Assembly: GCA_965649225.1 (NCBI GenBank)
Contig: CBFGJX010000014.1
Coordinates: 1-64,000, forward strand
Direction of reading: 5' to 3'
DNA from: a candidate division WOR-3 bacterium
Lineage (GTDB): Bacteria; Hydrothermota; Tepidihabitantia; Tepidihabitantales; Tepidihabitantaceae
DNA length: 64,000 bases
The position numbers and the translations under genes were made by a program. This document shows positions 1 through 8,084 of the stretch, one piece after another; position 1 is the first letter of the stretch; each line of letters begins with the position of its first letter. The notes beneath the pieces were generated by a model, which saw nothing but the letters and a program-made list of their open reading frames with translations, searched no databases and was not told where the DNA came from.

Positions 1-10
1 ATCCGAACGG

Positions 11-673
11 CTATCCTGACTGAAAACGGCTCTTGACTACTCGGTTTCGGTGACACCGAGCAGATAAGCTACCCGCGCCGACCGCGAGCAGCGCGACGCC
101 GCCGGCCAGAAGTGGCCAGCCCGAATGGAGCGCGCCGGCCCCGGCGATTGCGGCGCCGGCGGCCGCCGCGCCGGGCACCAGGCTGGGGGCCAGCAGCAAC
201 GTGACCCCAACGGGCAATGCCAGTCCGACAAGGCAACCCGCGAGTGTTTCCGCGATCGGCCGCGCCTCGGCCGGCATCACGAGCGCCAGCACTGCAGAAC
301 CGGCACACAGCGCTGCCATCAGGCCCAGCAGGTGCCAGGCACGCCGGCCCGCGACTCGCTCCATTCTCTCCAGGTCGGCCCATACCATGCGCGGCGCAGT
401 GATGCGGAACTTGCCCGCGACAAGCGCGAGCAGGGCGAGAAGCGCAGAAACGGAAAACACGGCCAGCAAGGTAAGCCGCGTCAGTCCCGTCTGGCCTTCC
501 AGCGCGGCGACCGCACCGCTGCCCAGCAGCAGACAGCCGGTTGTGATTCCGAGCAGACCGTCGGCCGCTATGCAGCGCCACGCCCGGCGCACGAGCCGGT
601 CCCTGCCCGGCCCGCGCACTATTCCCTGCCCGGCCGGCACGCGGCAGGCAGACGTACCCGACTGGCTAGCCAT
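11..673 (-). CDS. Hypothetical multi-pass membrane protein
   Basis: Several hydrophobic segments, DGLxxI and KFRITAPR motifs; ATG at 673 overlaps the stop of an upstream small ORF; start uncertain. Confidence 0.6.
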   Translation of the reverse strand: MASQSGTSACRVPAGQGIVRGPGRDRLVRRAWRCIAADGLLGITTGCLLLGSGAVAALEGQTGLTRLTLLAVFSVSALLALLALVAGKFRITAPRMVWADLERMERVAGRRAWHLLGLMAALCAGSAVLALVMPAEARPIAETLAGCLVGLALPVGVTLLLAPSLVPGAAAAGAAIAGAGALHSGWPLLAGGVALLAVGAGSLSARCHRNRVVKSRFQSG

Positions 674-755
674 GGCACGCCCCCGCACCGGCGCAAGCCG
701 GCAGGAACGCCACGACAACAGACGCCTTCTTTGGTGTATTCCGGACACGGACCAT
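666..755 (-). CDS. Putative 29-aa peptide MVRVRNTPKKASVVVAFLPACAGAGACHG
   Basis: GGAGG Shine-Dalgarno 5 nt before ATG 755, downstream of a consensus promoter; stop overlaps the next gene start. Confidence 0.4.
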   Translation of the reverse strand: MVRVRNTPKKASVVVAFLPACAGAGACHG

Positions 756-834
756 TAGAACCTCCCGGTTTCAGCCCATCTCCTGGGCTATCCTTCCTAT
801 CCCTTCAGCGGACGGTTTCGAACCCCTCATTAGA

Positions 835-863
835 ATTATACCACAGCAGGCCCCCGGCGTCAA
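835..863 (-). promoter_or_regulatory. Sigma70-type promoter
   Basis: TTGACG-N17-TATAAT with an extended -10 TG on the minus strand. Confidence 0.7.
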
Positions 864-925
864 CGGGCCGGGTCAGGCGGCCGCACCCGCGGTTGACACC
901 CTGCGCAACCGGCCGAAACTGACCA

Positions 926-1414
926 ATGGCGAACCAGCGACAACCCTACCACACCCGCCACCCGGAAAAGGCGCTCACCGACCCGGCCGAACTGCTTGAG
1001 CTTGCCCGCGCGGCGCGATTCGTCACGCTCGCGCTCTGCCGCGGCGACGAGCCTTACCTTGTCACCGTGAACCACGCGCTCGACGAAAGCGGCGAGTTGC
1101 TCTACTTTCACTGCGCGGTGCAGGGCCGCAAGATTGAGTTCATCCGCGCCAACCCGCGGGTCTGGGGCCAGATTCTGGAAGACCGCGGCTACCTTGCCGG
1201 CCAGTGCGACCACGCCTACCGGAGCGTGCAGTTCGCGGGCCGGGCCGAGCTGGTCGAAGACGGGGCCGAGAAACGCCGCGCCCTCGAACTGCTCATCGAC
1301 CGCCACGAGCCTGACCCCGGGCCGGTCAAAGCGCGCCTGCTTGAGCGTGACCTAACGAAGGTCGGGGTCGTGCGCGTGCGCATCAGCGACTGGTTCGGCA
1401 AAGCCAACGGCTAG
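926..1414 (+). CDS. Pyridoxamine 5'-phosphate oxidase-like / NimA-like flavin-nucleotide-binding protein
   Basis: PYLVTVNH, LYFHCAxxGRKIEFIRANPRV and YRSVQFAGRA motifs. Confidence 0.85.
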   Translation: MANQRQPYHTRHPEKALTDPAELLELARAARFVTLALCRGDEPYLVTVNHALDESGELLYFHCAVQGRKIEFIRANPRVWGQILEDRGYLAGQCDHAYRSVQFAGRAELVEDGAEKRRALELLIDRHEPDPGPVKARLLERDLTKVGVVRVRISDWFGKANG

Positions 1415-1494
1415 GGCGGCCCGGCCCGGGCTCGGGCCGGTCGGCTGCGCCGCAACCGCGGCACGCAACCCGGCAATCAAGACCGCACGCGAGG

Positions 1495-1625
1495 CCGTCC
1501 CCTGAGCGGGGGAGTCATTCTCGCGGCCGGCACATCGCTGTTTCAGTAACATTTTGTCGTGCAGCCGATTCCCGCTTACTGCATCGTCGTCGGCCGATCC
1601 TGCGCCTCTATAATTACGGTTATAG
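1495..1625. repeat. Copy 1 of a ~130-bp conserved non-coding element ending in palindrome CTATAA-N6-TTATAG
   Basis: Motif blocks match 32284-32414 at a constant offset of 30789 with no indels. Confidence 0.7.
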
Positions 1626-1787
1626 CTAGAAATCCACAAATCCCGACTGTGCATGTCGCAGAAAGCGCTAGCAAGCGCAGTCCGGCTTCGATTAGTCGCG
1701 CGCTACCCTCATCTTTCGGTTCCGGATACTGCACTTCAGCGCCCAGTCTTGGCGAGCCTCACCAATCAGTACCAATGCCGCTGACAA

Positions 1788-1821
1788 GCTCTGTGGCCAC
1801 GCTTTCGCGTGGCCACAGAGC
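1788..1821 (-). terminator. Perfect 15-bp hairpin (GAAA loop on the minus strand) just downstream of AIPR
   Basis: GCTCTGTGGCCACGC-TTTC-GCGTGGCCACAGAGC; weak U-tract. Confidence 0.5.
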
Positions 1822-1841
1822 GCAACTCGTAGCTTGCCGAC

Positions 1842-3011
1842 TCAGCAACTCGGTCCTTGCATCTCCCTGAGAGCAACTGTCTTAAACAGGTTCTCCCAAT
1901 GCCCGCGATCCTTGCCGATGGCGTTCGGATTCCTACCCAAGGCAACGCTCTTATCCTGTGTGCTCCGCATGAGTTCGGAGCCGACCTTCTTCAGCAATGT
2001 GAGCACGCCTTCCAGACGATCGTCGCTCTTCCAAACCATCTGGCCGGTGTTTTCGTCCTTTCGGACCATCCAGCGGAACGCACCCAGCATGGGATAAAGA
2101 GCACCGTCGAAGAGCATGTACTTTGTCTTCTGCCCGGTGAAGGGCAGTGTAAACTCCCCTCGCTTCCTCCCGCGTACGAAAGCCAACTTACCGGCCTTGC
2201 CACTCGCTTTGTTGTGTTCCACCCTAGTCAGGACATGAACGTGGTCGTGCAACTCGAGAATGTCGTTTACTATTGGGGCCATTCTCTCAAAGCTCTTCAT
2301 GTGCTTCATGTACTGCTCCAGAGTCGCGGACTTTGAGGTGTACGCCTTCAAGGGGTATTCTGAACCATCATTCGGGTACAACTCGATATTGAACAGCGTC
2401 AACAGGGCAACTACATCGCGAACGTCGAATTCGCCCTTTTCATTCTCTCTAAACACAACCACTTCGCGGTGTTTGGGCTTCAGCACTTCCTTCAGCCAAT
2501 CAAACTTACCCTCAAGGTTGGCCAAGCTCATTGCCTGCACCTGCATGGCAGTATTGAGCCCCCCTGCGATCTCACTGATAAGGTCCGAATCGATACCTGT
2601 CAGCACTTCGATTCGCACGTACTGGTTGTCCGGGCACTCACAGTCCTCGATGGCCTTCCTGATAACATCATAGGTATGCGCACCATCGACGATTCCCTGC
2701 CCCTTCTCCAACAGGATCTCGTAGGAACCCTTCCCGGTCTCACGAACCTCCCGGGCAATCACTGTGATACCCTTGTTTTTCAGGTGGAACGTACCCACCG
2801 CACCTAGTTGGTTACGCAAGCTCTTGCCCACATCAAGGTAGATGCCGCGGTCTATGTTCTGGTAGCGGGGATTCGGGTCTCTGGGGACATCGGGCGGGAT
2901 GTCCTTGGCTCGGCAGAAAAAAATGTGCCGATCCATCTTCCTGTCGCGGAGAACTGGATCCGGCATCCTTCGAGAAAACTCGGATACGATCGGGACTACC
3001 CTTACGGACAT
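1842..3011 (-). CDS. AIPR family (abortive infection phage resistance) protein
   Basis: NPRxQN, FHLKNKGIT and GIVDGAHT motifs; AAAGGAG RBS before ATG 3011; lower GC than flanks. Confidence 0.8.
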   Translation of the reverse strand: MSVRVVPIVSEFSRRMPDPVLRDRKMDRHIFFCRAKDIPPDVPRDPNPRYQNIDRGIYLDVGKSLRNQLGAVGTFHLKNKGITVIAREVRETGKGSYEILLEKGQGIVDGAHTYDVIRKAIEDCECPDNQYVRIEVLTGIDSDLISEIAGGLNTAMQVQAMSLANLEGKFDWLKEVLKPKHREVVVFRENEKGEFDVRDVVALLTLFNIELYPNDGSEYPLKAYTSKSATLEQYMKHMKSFERMAPIVNDILELHDHVHVLTRVEHNKASGKAGKLAFVRGRKRGEFTLPFTGQKTKYMLFDGALYPMLGAFRWMVRKDENTGQMVWKSDDRLEGVLTLLKKVGSELMRSTQDKSVALGRNPNAIGKDRGHWENLFKTVALREMQGPSC

Positions 3012-3094
3012 GGTTACTCCTTTAGTTATGTGCCTTCCGGCACGCACTTCGTACTGCAGCGTGATGGCCAAATCCTTAGCCTCACACTAGATGT

Positions 3095-3122
3095 ATGATA
3101 CGCGAGCGTTCTGTATTGTCAA
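3095..3122 (-). promoter_or_regulatory. Putative sigma70 promoter of AIPR
   Basis: TTGACA-N16-TATCAT on the minus strand. Confidence 0.5.
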
Positions 3123-3278
3123 TAGCCCCTTGGCAGACGACCTGATCGCACTCACCGATGAGGACAACCCTGCTCCTAGCTCGTGCCATGGTCGGCGGAA
3201 TCGTCTTAGCGCAAGCGCTAGCCACCGCTCGCCAGCCTCCCGCTTGACTGGCCGCGTGCCGGTCAATACGCTAGAAGC

Positions 3279-4265
3279 GTGAAGCGAATCGGTATTGCCG
3301 GGGCCACCGGCCTGGTCGGTGAGACCCTTATCCGCATTCTGGAATCGGGCAAACACGAGGTCGAGGAACTGCGCCTGTTTGCCTCCGGCCGCAGCGCCGG
3401 CGAGAAGCGCACCTTCCGCGGCAAGGAACTGACGGTCGAGGAAGTCCACGCCGACGGGTTCAAAGACCTGGACGTGGCGTTTTTCTGCATCGGCACCGAC
3501 CTCGCGCGCAGACTCGTGCCCACGGTCGCGAAGTTCTGCCCGGTCATCGACAAGTCGAGCGCATTCCGCCTGAAGGACGATGTGCCGCTGGTCGTGCCCG
3601 AGGTGAATCCGGACTCGGTCAAGGACCACCACAACATCATCGCCAACCCGAACTGCACCACGATACCGCTTACCGTCGCGGTCGCGCCCCTGCACCGCGC
3701 GTTCGGGCTGGAGCGCATCTGGCTCGCGTCGTACCAGTCGGTGTCGGGCGCGGGCCGCGACGCGCTGGACCAGCTCCAGTACGAGACCGAGTTCGTCGCC
3801 CTGCGCAAGCCGCCGGATACGAAAGACAGCCCGCTGCCGGCGCAGATTGCCGACAACATCATTCCGCAGATTGACGAGTTCGACGCGCACGGCCACACCG
3901 GTGAGGAGACCAAGACGATGCGCGAAAGCGCGAAGATTCTCGGCCTGCCGGACTTGAAAGTGACCTCGACCTGCGTGCGCGTGCCGGTCACGGTCGGCCA
4001 TTCGCTGGCGGTCACCTGCCGGTTTTCGTCACCGGTGAAGCCGAAGGACGCGCTGAAAGTGCTCAAGGACGCACCGGGCGTGGTGCTGTATGACCGCGAC
4101 CGCTATGTGACTCCGGTGCTCTGCCGCGGCAACGATAATGTCTATGTCTGCCGCGTGCGCGAGGGCGCGGATGAACACGAGCTTTCGCTGTGGGTCGTGA
4201 CCGACAACCTGCGCAAGGGCGCGGCCAAGAACGCATTGCAGATTGCCGAACTGCTGTTCCGCTGA
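3279..4265 (+). CDS. asd: Aspartate-semialdehyde dehydrogenase
   Basis: GATGLVG, IIANPNCTT, SYQSVSGAG, TCVRVPVxxGHS and DNLRKGAA motifs. Confidence 0.97.
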   Translation: MKRIGIAGATGLVGETLIRILESGKHEVEELRLFASGRSAGEKRTFRGKELTVEEVHADGFKDLDVAFFCIGTDLARRLVPTVAKFCPVIDKSSAFRLKDDVPLVVPEVNPDSVKDHHNIIANPNCTTIPLTVAVAPLHRAFGLERIWLASYQSVSGAGRDALDQLQYETEFVALRKPPDTKDSPLPAQIADNIIPQIDEFDAHGHTGEETKTMRESAKILGLPDLKVTSTCVRVPVTVGHSLAVTCRFSSPVKPKDALKVLKDAPGVVLYDRDRYVTPVLCRGNDNVYVCRVREGADEHELSLWVVTDNLRKGAAKNALQIAELLFR

Positions 4266-4327
4266 CCTGCGGCTTTGACATTTGGCTCTTGGCCTTTGAC
4301 CTGGCCCGCGTCCGCTGGAGGTATCGC

Positions 4328-6328
4328 ATGAGGCATTCGATTCTCGTTCTGCTTTTGCTTGTCGCCACCGGCTATTCCCGCCCGCCCGACTACATCCCCG
4401 ACGGCCCGTACCTGCCGGGCAAGCCCGGTGCGCGTTTTTCGCCCTCCGCGCTGCTCGCCGATTCGGTTCACTCTTACGACGTGCGCCATTACCGGCTCGA
4501 TTTCGAACTGCCGATGTACAACGCCGGCTATTCCTGCCGCGAGGTCGTCTGCATCAGAAGCCGCGTCGCGGCGCTGGACAGCTTCTCGCTCGACTTTGAC
4601 CGGCTGACCTGCGACTCGGTGCGCCGCTCTGGCACGCGGCTGGCCTTCACTACGCCGCCCGGCAAGCTGGCGATAACGCTCGATGCGCCGCTTGTCCGCG
4701 GCGATTCAACCGACATCGAGATTTTCTTCCGCCGCGAGTCAACGACGGCCAATGCCGGTTACTTCTACGGCCGGCCGCCCCAGACCGCTTTTGCCCACGC
4801 GATGACCTGCGGCTGCCCGACCGACAACCACTACTGGTTCGCGTGCTGGGACCACCCGATGGACAAGTCCGACCGCGGCGTGATGATGAACTTCACTCTG
4901 CCCGACACTTTTCAGGTCTGCTCCAACGGCCGGCTAGACTCGGTGACCACGGCGCCGGGCAACCGGCGGACCTGGTGGTGGCACCACTCCTATCCAATCG
5001 CCACCTACCTGATGACCTTCTCGGCCTCGCGGTTTGCAAGCTGGGACACAATCGTGCGCAACAACGGCGGCGACAGCGTTCCCATCCGCCACTGGATGTG
5101 GCCGACCGACTCGGCGCTGACCCGCAGCGGCTACGCCCGGCTGCCGCGGATGATGAACTACTTTGCCGACACCGCGCTGTTCGGGCCGTACCCGTTCGAA
5201 AGCTTCGGCCACGTGCCCGGCTACTACGGCTTCCCCTGGGGCGGGATGGAGCACCAGACACTGGTGATGCTCAACCGCAACTACATCGGCGGCGGCGCCG
5301 ATGCAACCATCGCCCACGAGCTGTCGCATATGTGGTGGGGCGATATGGTCACCCATGTCGGCTATGCCGATGTCTGGCTCAACGAAGGTTTCGCAACCTG
5401 GGCCGAGTGCATGTACATGGGTCACGCCAACGGCCGCAGTTACTTCAACAACTACATCAAGGGCAAGGCAACCAGCTACATCAACGGCGACCGGTCGCGC
5501 CGGTTCCCCATCTACAACCCGCCCTGGGAGCTGATTTACGACTACGGCACAATTTACTGCAAGGGCGCGTGGGTGATGCACATGCTGCGCTGGGTCACCG
5601 GCGACACCGCATGGCAGCAGCCCGGCGTGTTCTTCCGCGCACTGCGCGCCTACGGCGACTCTTTCCGCTACGGCACGGTCTCGACTGAGGATTTCAGGCG
5701 CATCTGCGAGCGCGAGACCGGGCTGGAACTGGACTGGTTCTTCGACGAGTGGATTTATCAGGCCGGCTACCCCAAATACCGGCTGAGCTGGATTGGAGAG
5801 CCGGCCGGCGACAGTTTCCGCATCGTCACTTCGCTTGCGCAGAACAACGGCGCGCAGGCGCCCGACTTTTTCCGCACGCCGCTGCCGGTGCGCATCAACT
5901 GCCTTTACGTGGACACGCTGGTCACGATCCGGCCGCAGGCCAATCCGCAGGTTGACACCTTCCTCGTCCACACCTGCCCGGACAGCATCACAATTGACCC
6001 GGACAACTGGGTGCTGGACTCGAGCTACATACTCGCCGGCATCGCCGAGTTCAATAACAGCTTTTCGCCATTCGCCACCCGCAGTTCACTCTTGGTTTCG
6101 CCAAACCCGGCCCGCGGCATCGTCACGGTGCGCCTGCACTCGTCACCCGGCGACCGCGCGCAGTCGCTGGCCATCTACAATGCCGCCGGCCGCATCGTGC
6201 GGTCCGCGGCCCTCGGCCCGCGCTGCGAAATCACCCTCGACCTCCGCCCGCTGCCTGCCGGAGTCTACTACTTCGGGCTGCGCGACGAACCCACCGACCG
6301 GCTGACCCGGCTGGTGCTCTCGCGCTAG
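4328..6328 (+). CDS. Secreted M1-family aminopeptidase with C-terminal T9SS-like sorting domain
   Basis: Signal peptide, GGMEH, HELSHMWWGD...WLNEGFA, YCKGAWVMHMLR; C-terminal PNP...IYNAAGR...LPAGVYY. Confidence 0.9.
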   Translation: MRHSILVLLLLVATGYSRPPDYIPDGPYLPGKPGARFSPSALLADSVHSYDVRHYRLDFELPMYNAGYSCREVVCIRSRVAALDSFSLDFDRLTCDSVRRSGTRLAFTTPPGKLAITLDAPLVRGDSTDIEIFFRRESTTANAGYFYGRPPQTAFAHAMTCGCPTDNHYWFACWDHPMDKSDRGVMMNFTLPDTFQVCSNGRLDSVTTAPGNRRTWWWHHSYPIATYLMTFSASRFASWDTIVRNNGGDSVPIRHWMWPTDSALTRSGYARLPRMMNYFADTALFGPYPFESFGHVPGYYGFPWGGMEHQTLVMLNRNYIGGGADATIAHELSHMWWGDMVTHVGYADVWLNEGFATWAECMYMGHANGRSYFNNYIKGKATSYINGDRSRRFPIYNPPWELIYDYGTIYCKGAWVMHMLRWVTGDTAWQQPGVFFRALRAYGDSFRYGTVSTEDFRRICERETGLELDWFFDEWIYQAGYPKYRLSWIGEPAGDSFRIVTSLAQNNGAQAPDFFRTPLPVRINCLYVDTLVTIRPQANPQVDTFLVHTCPDSITIDPDNWVLDSSYILAGIAEFNNSFSPFATRSSLLVSPNPARGIVTVRLHSSPGDRAQSLAIYNAAGRIVRSAALGPRCEITLDLRPLPAGVYYFGLRDEPTDRLTRLVLSR

Positions 6329-6335
6329 CGCCCGC

Positions 6336-6364
6336 TTGACCTGACCGCGCCGTTGGCCTAGCAT
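6336..6364 (+). promoter_or_regulatory. Putative sigma70 promoter of the SSS transporter
   Basis: TTGACC-N17-TAGCAT. Confidence 0.5.
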
Positions 6365-6452
6365 GGCCGTGCCGGCTATGCCAGGCGCGAGCCATCCCGG
6401 CCGGTACGGGGTGGCGCGCCGCTTTTCCTGAGCCGCCCCAGAGGAAAAAACT

Positions 6453-8081
6453 ATGATCAATGCGCTGATACTTGCCGCCTACCTCGGCGTGCTCGGGCTG
6501 CTCGGGCTGCTGGCCCGACGGCGGGCGCGGCCCGGGCCGGAGGACTTTTTTCTCGCCGGACGCCGGGTCGGGCCGGTGAGCCTCCTGCTGACGATGGCCG
6601 CGACCAATTTCTCTGCTTTCACGGTTTTCGGGTTCGCCGGGGCCGGCTACCGCATCGGCTGGGCCTACTACCCGATAATGGCGTTCGGCACCGCTTTCAT
6701 GGCGCTGTCGTTTGTCTTCATCGGCGAGCCGGTGCGGGCCGCGGCAAAGCGGCTGGGCGCGGTGACCCCGCCCGAGCTCATCCTGCACCGGTTCGGCAAC
6801 CGCGCGCTGCACCTTGCCTATCTTGCGGTGATGGTCGCGTTCACCCTGCCCTACCTCGCGCTACAGCCGATCGGCGCCGGTCTCGCGCTCGAAGCGTTGC
6901 TGGGCATCCCGTTCGCGTGGGGCGCGACGCTGGTGACCGCGGTCGGCGTGGCCTATGTCTTGCTCGCCGGCCTGCGTGGCGACATCTGGACCGACACGCT
7001 GCAGGGCTTGGTGATGCTCGGCGCGATGGTTGTGGCGCTGGTCGGCATCGCGCTGGCGCTGGGCGGGTTTGAGTCGGCCAGCCGGCAGGTGTTTGAGCGC
7101 TGGCCCGAACTGTTCGCCCGGCCCGGGGGCGGGGCGCAGTTCACAGTCGGGGTCTGGTTTTCCTACATGCTGCTGTGGCTGCTGTGCGACCCGATGTTTC
7201 CCCAGCTCTTCCAGCGGTTCATCGCGGCGCGGGACGAGCAGAGCCTGCGCCTGTCCGCGCTGCTGTACACGCCGGTCACGGTCGTGCTGTTCTTTCTGCC
7301 AGTGGCAATCGGCGTGCTGGGCCGGCTGGTCGAGCCCGGGCTTGCCGGCAAGGCGGCTGACTCGATACTGCCCATCGCCGTGGCCGCGAAACTGCCGGGC
7401 TGGGTCGCGGCGCTGGTCACTGCCGGGGGCCTGGCCGCGCTGATGTCGACGATGGACTCGCAACTGCTCACGCTCGGCTCGATGGTCAGCCGCGACCTCA
7501 AGGCCGCCCTGGGAGTCCGCCGATTCCTGCCGGAACGGCTGGTCATCATCGCGCTGGCGCTCGCGGGCCTCGCGCTGGCCCTGCGCCCGGTCAGCACCAT
7601 CCTTGACATCGCGACCGAGACCTTCACCGGGCTGGCCGTGCTTTTTCCGGTGACGCTGGCCGCAATCTACTGGCCGGGTGCCAACCCGTGGGCCGCTTTC
7701 GCTTCCATACTTGCGGGCGAGGCGCTGGTCGCGCTCTACCATTTCAAGCTGCTGCCCGCGTTCGGATTCCTGCCGGTCATCCCGGTCACAATCGTCGCAA
7801 CGCTGGTTCTGGTTCTCGGTTCGCTCCTCTGGCCGACGCGGGGACAGCGGGCCTTCGCACGGGTGTCGGTTAGCGGCCTGCGCTGGGCATTGCTGTTCGC
7901 GCTGGTCTTCCTTGCGAGCATCGACTTCTGGAACTGGGGCCGGGCCGATATCGCGCTCTTCGGACTGCCCGCGTGGCTGTGGTATCATTTCGGACTCTGC
8001 GCAGTACTGCCGGTGCTGGTGGCGGCATTCGTCCGAAAGCGGCGGGGCGGTGCAACCGCACCGCCCCGCGCCGAGAACTGA
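6453..8081 (+). CDS. Sodium:solute symporter (SSS) family protein with fused small C-terminal membrane domain
   Basis: EDFFLAGR, ATNFSAFT, WTDTLQG and AALMSTMDSQLL motifs; C-terminal DFWNW...FGLPAWLWY. Confidence 0.9.
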   Translation: MINALILAAYLGVLGLLGLLARRRARPGPEDFFLAGRRVGPVSLLLTMAATNFSAFTVFGFAGAGYRIGWAYYPIMAFGTAFMALSFVFIGEPVRAAAKRLGAVTPPELILHRFGNRALHLAYLAVMVAFTLPYLALQPIGAGLALEALLGIPFAWGATLVTAVGVAYVLLAGLRGDIWTDTLQGLVMLGAMVVALVGIALALGGFESASRQVFERWPELFARPGGGAQFTVGVWFSYMLLWLLCDPMFPQLFQRFIAARDEQSLRLSALLYTPVTVVLFFLPVAIGVLGRLVEPGLAGKAADSILPIAVAAKLPGWVAALVTAGGLAALMSTMDSQLLTLGSMVSRDLKAALGVRRFLPERLVIIALALAGLALALRPVSTILDIATETFTGLAVLFPVTLAAIYWPGANPWAAFASILAGEALVALYHFKLLPAFGFLPVIPVTIVATLVLVLGSLLWPTRGQRAFARVSVSGLRWALLFALVFLASIDFWNWGRADIALFGLPAWLWYHFGLCAVLPVLVAAFVRKRRGGATAPPRAEN

Positions 8082-8084
8082 TTG

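Noticed and set aside
1788..1844. AIPR ends ...SC-TGA with a G-loop hairpin downstream, superficially a SECIS
   Set aside because: The stem starts 20 nt away, the loop is a GNRA tetraloop, and read-through gives no recognisable domain; better explained as a terminator or stability hairpin.
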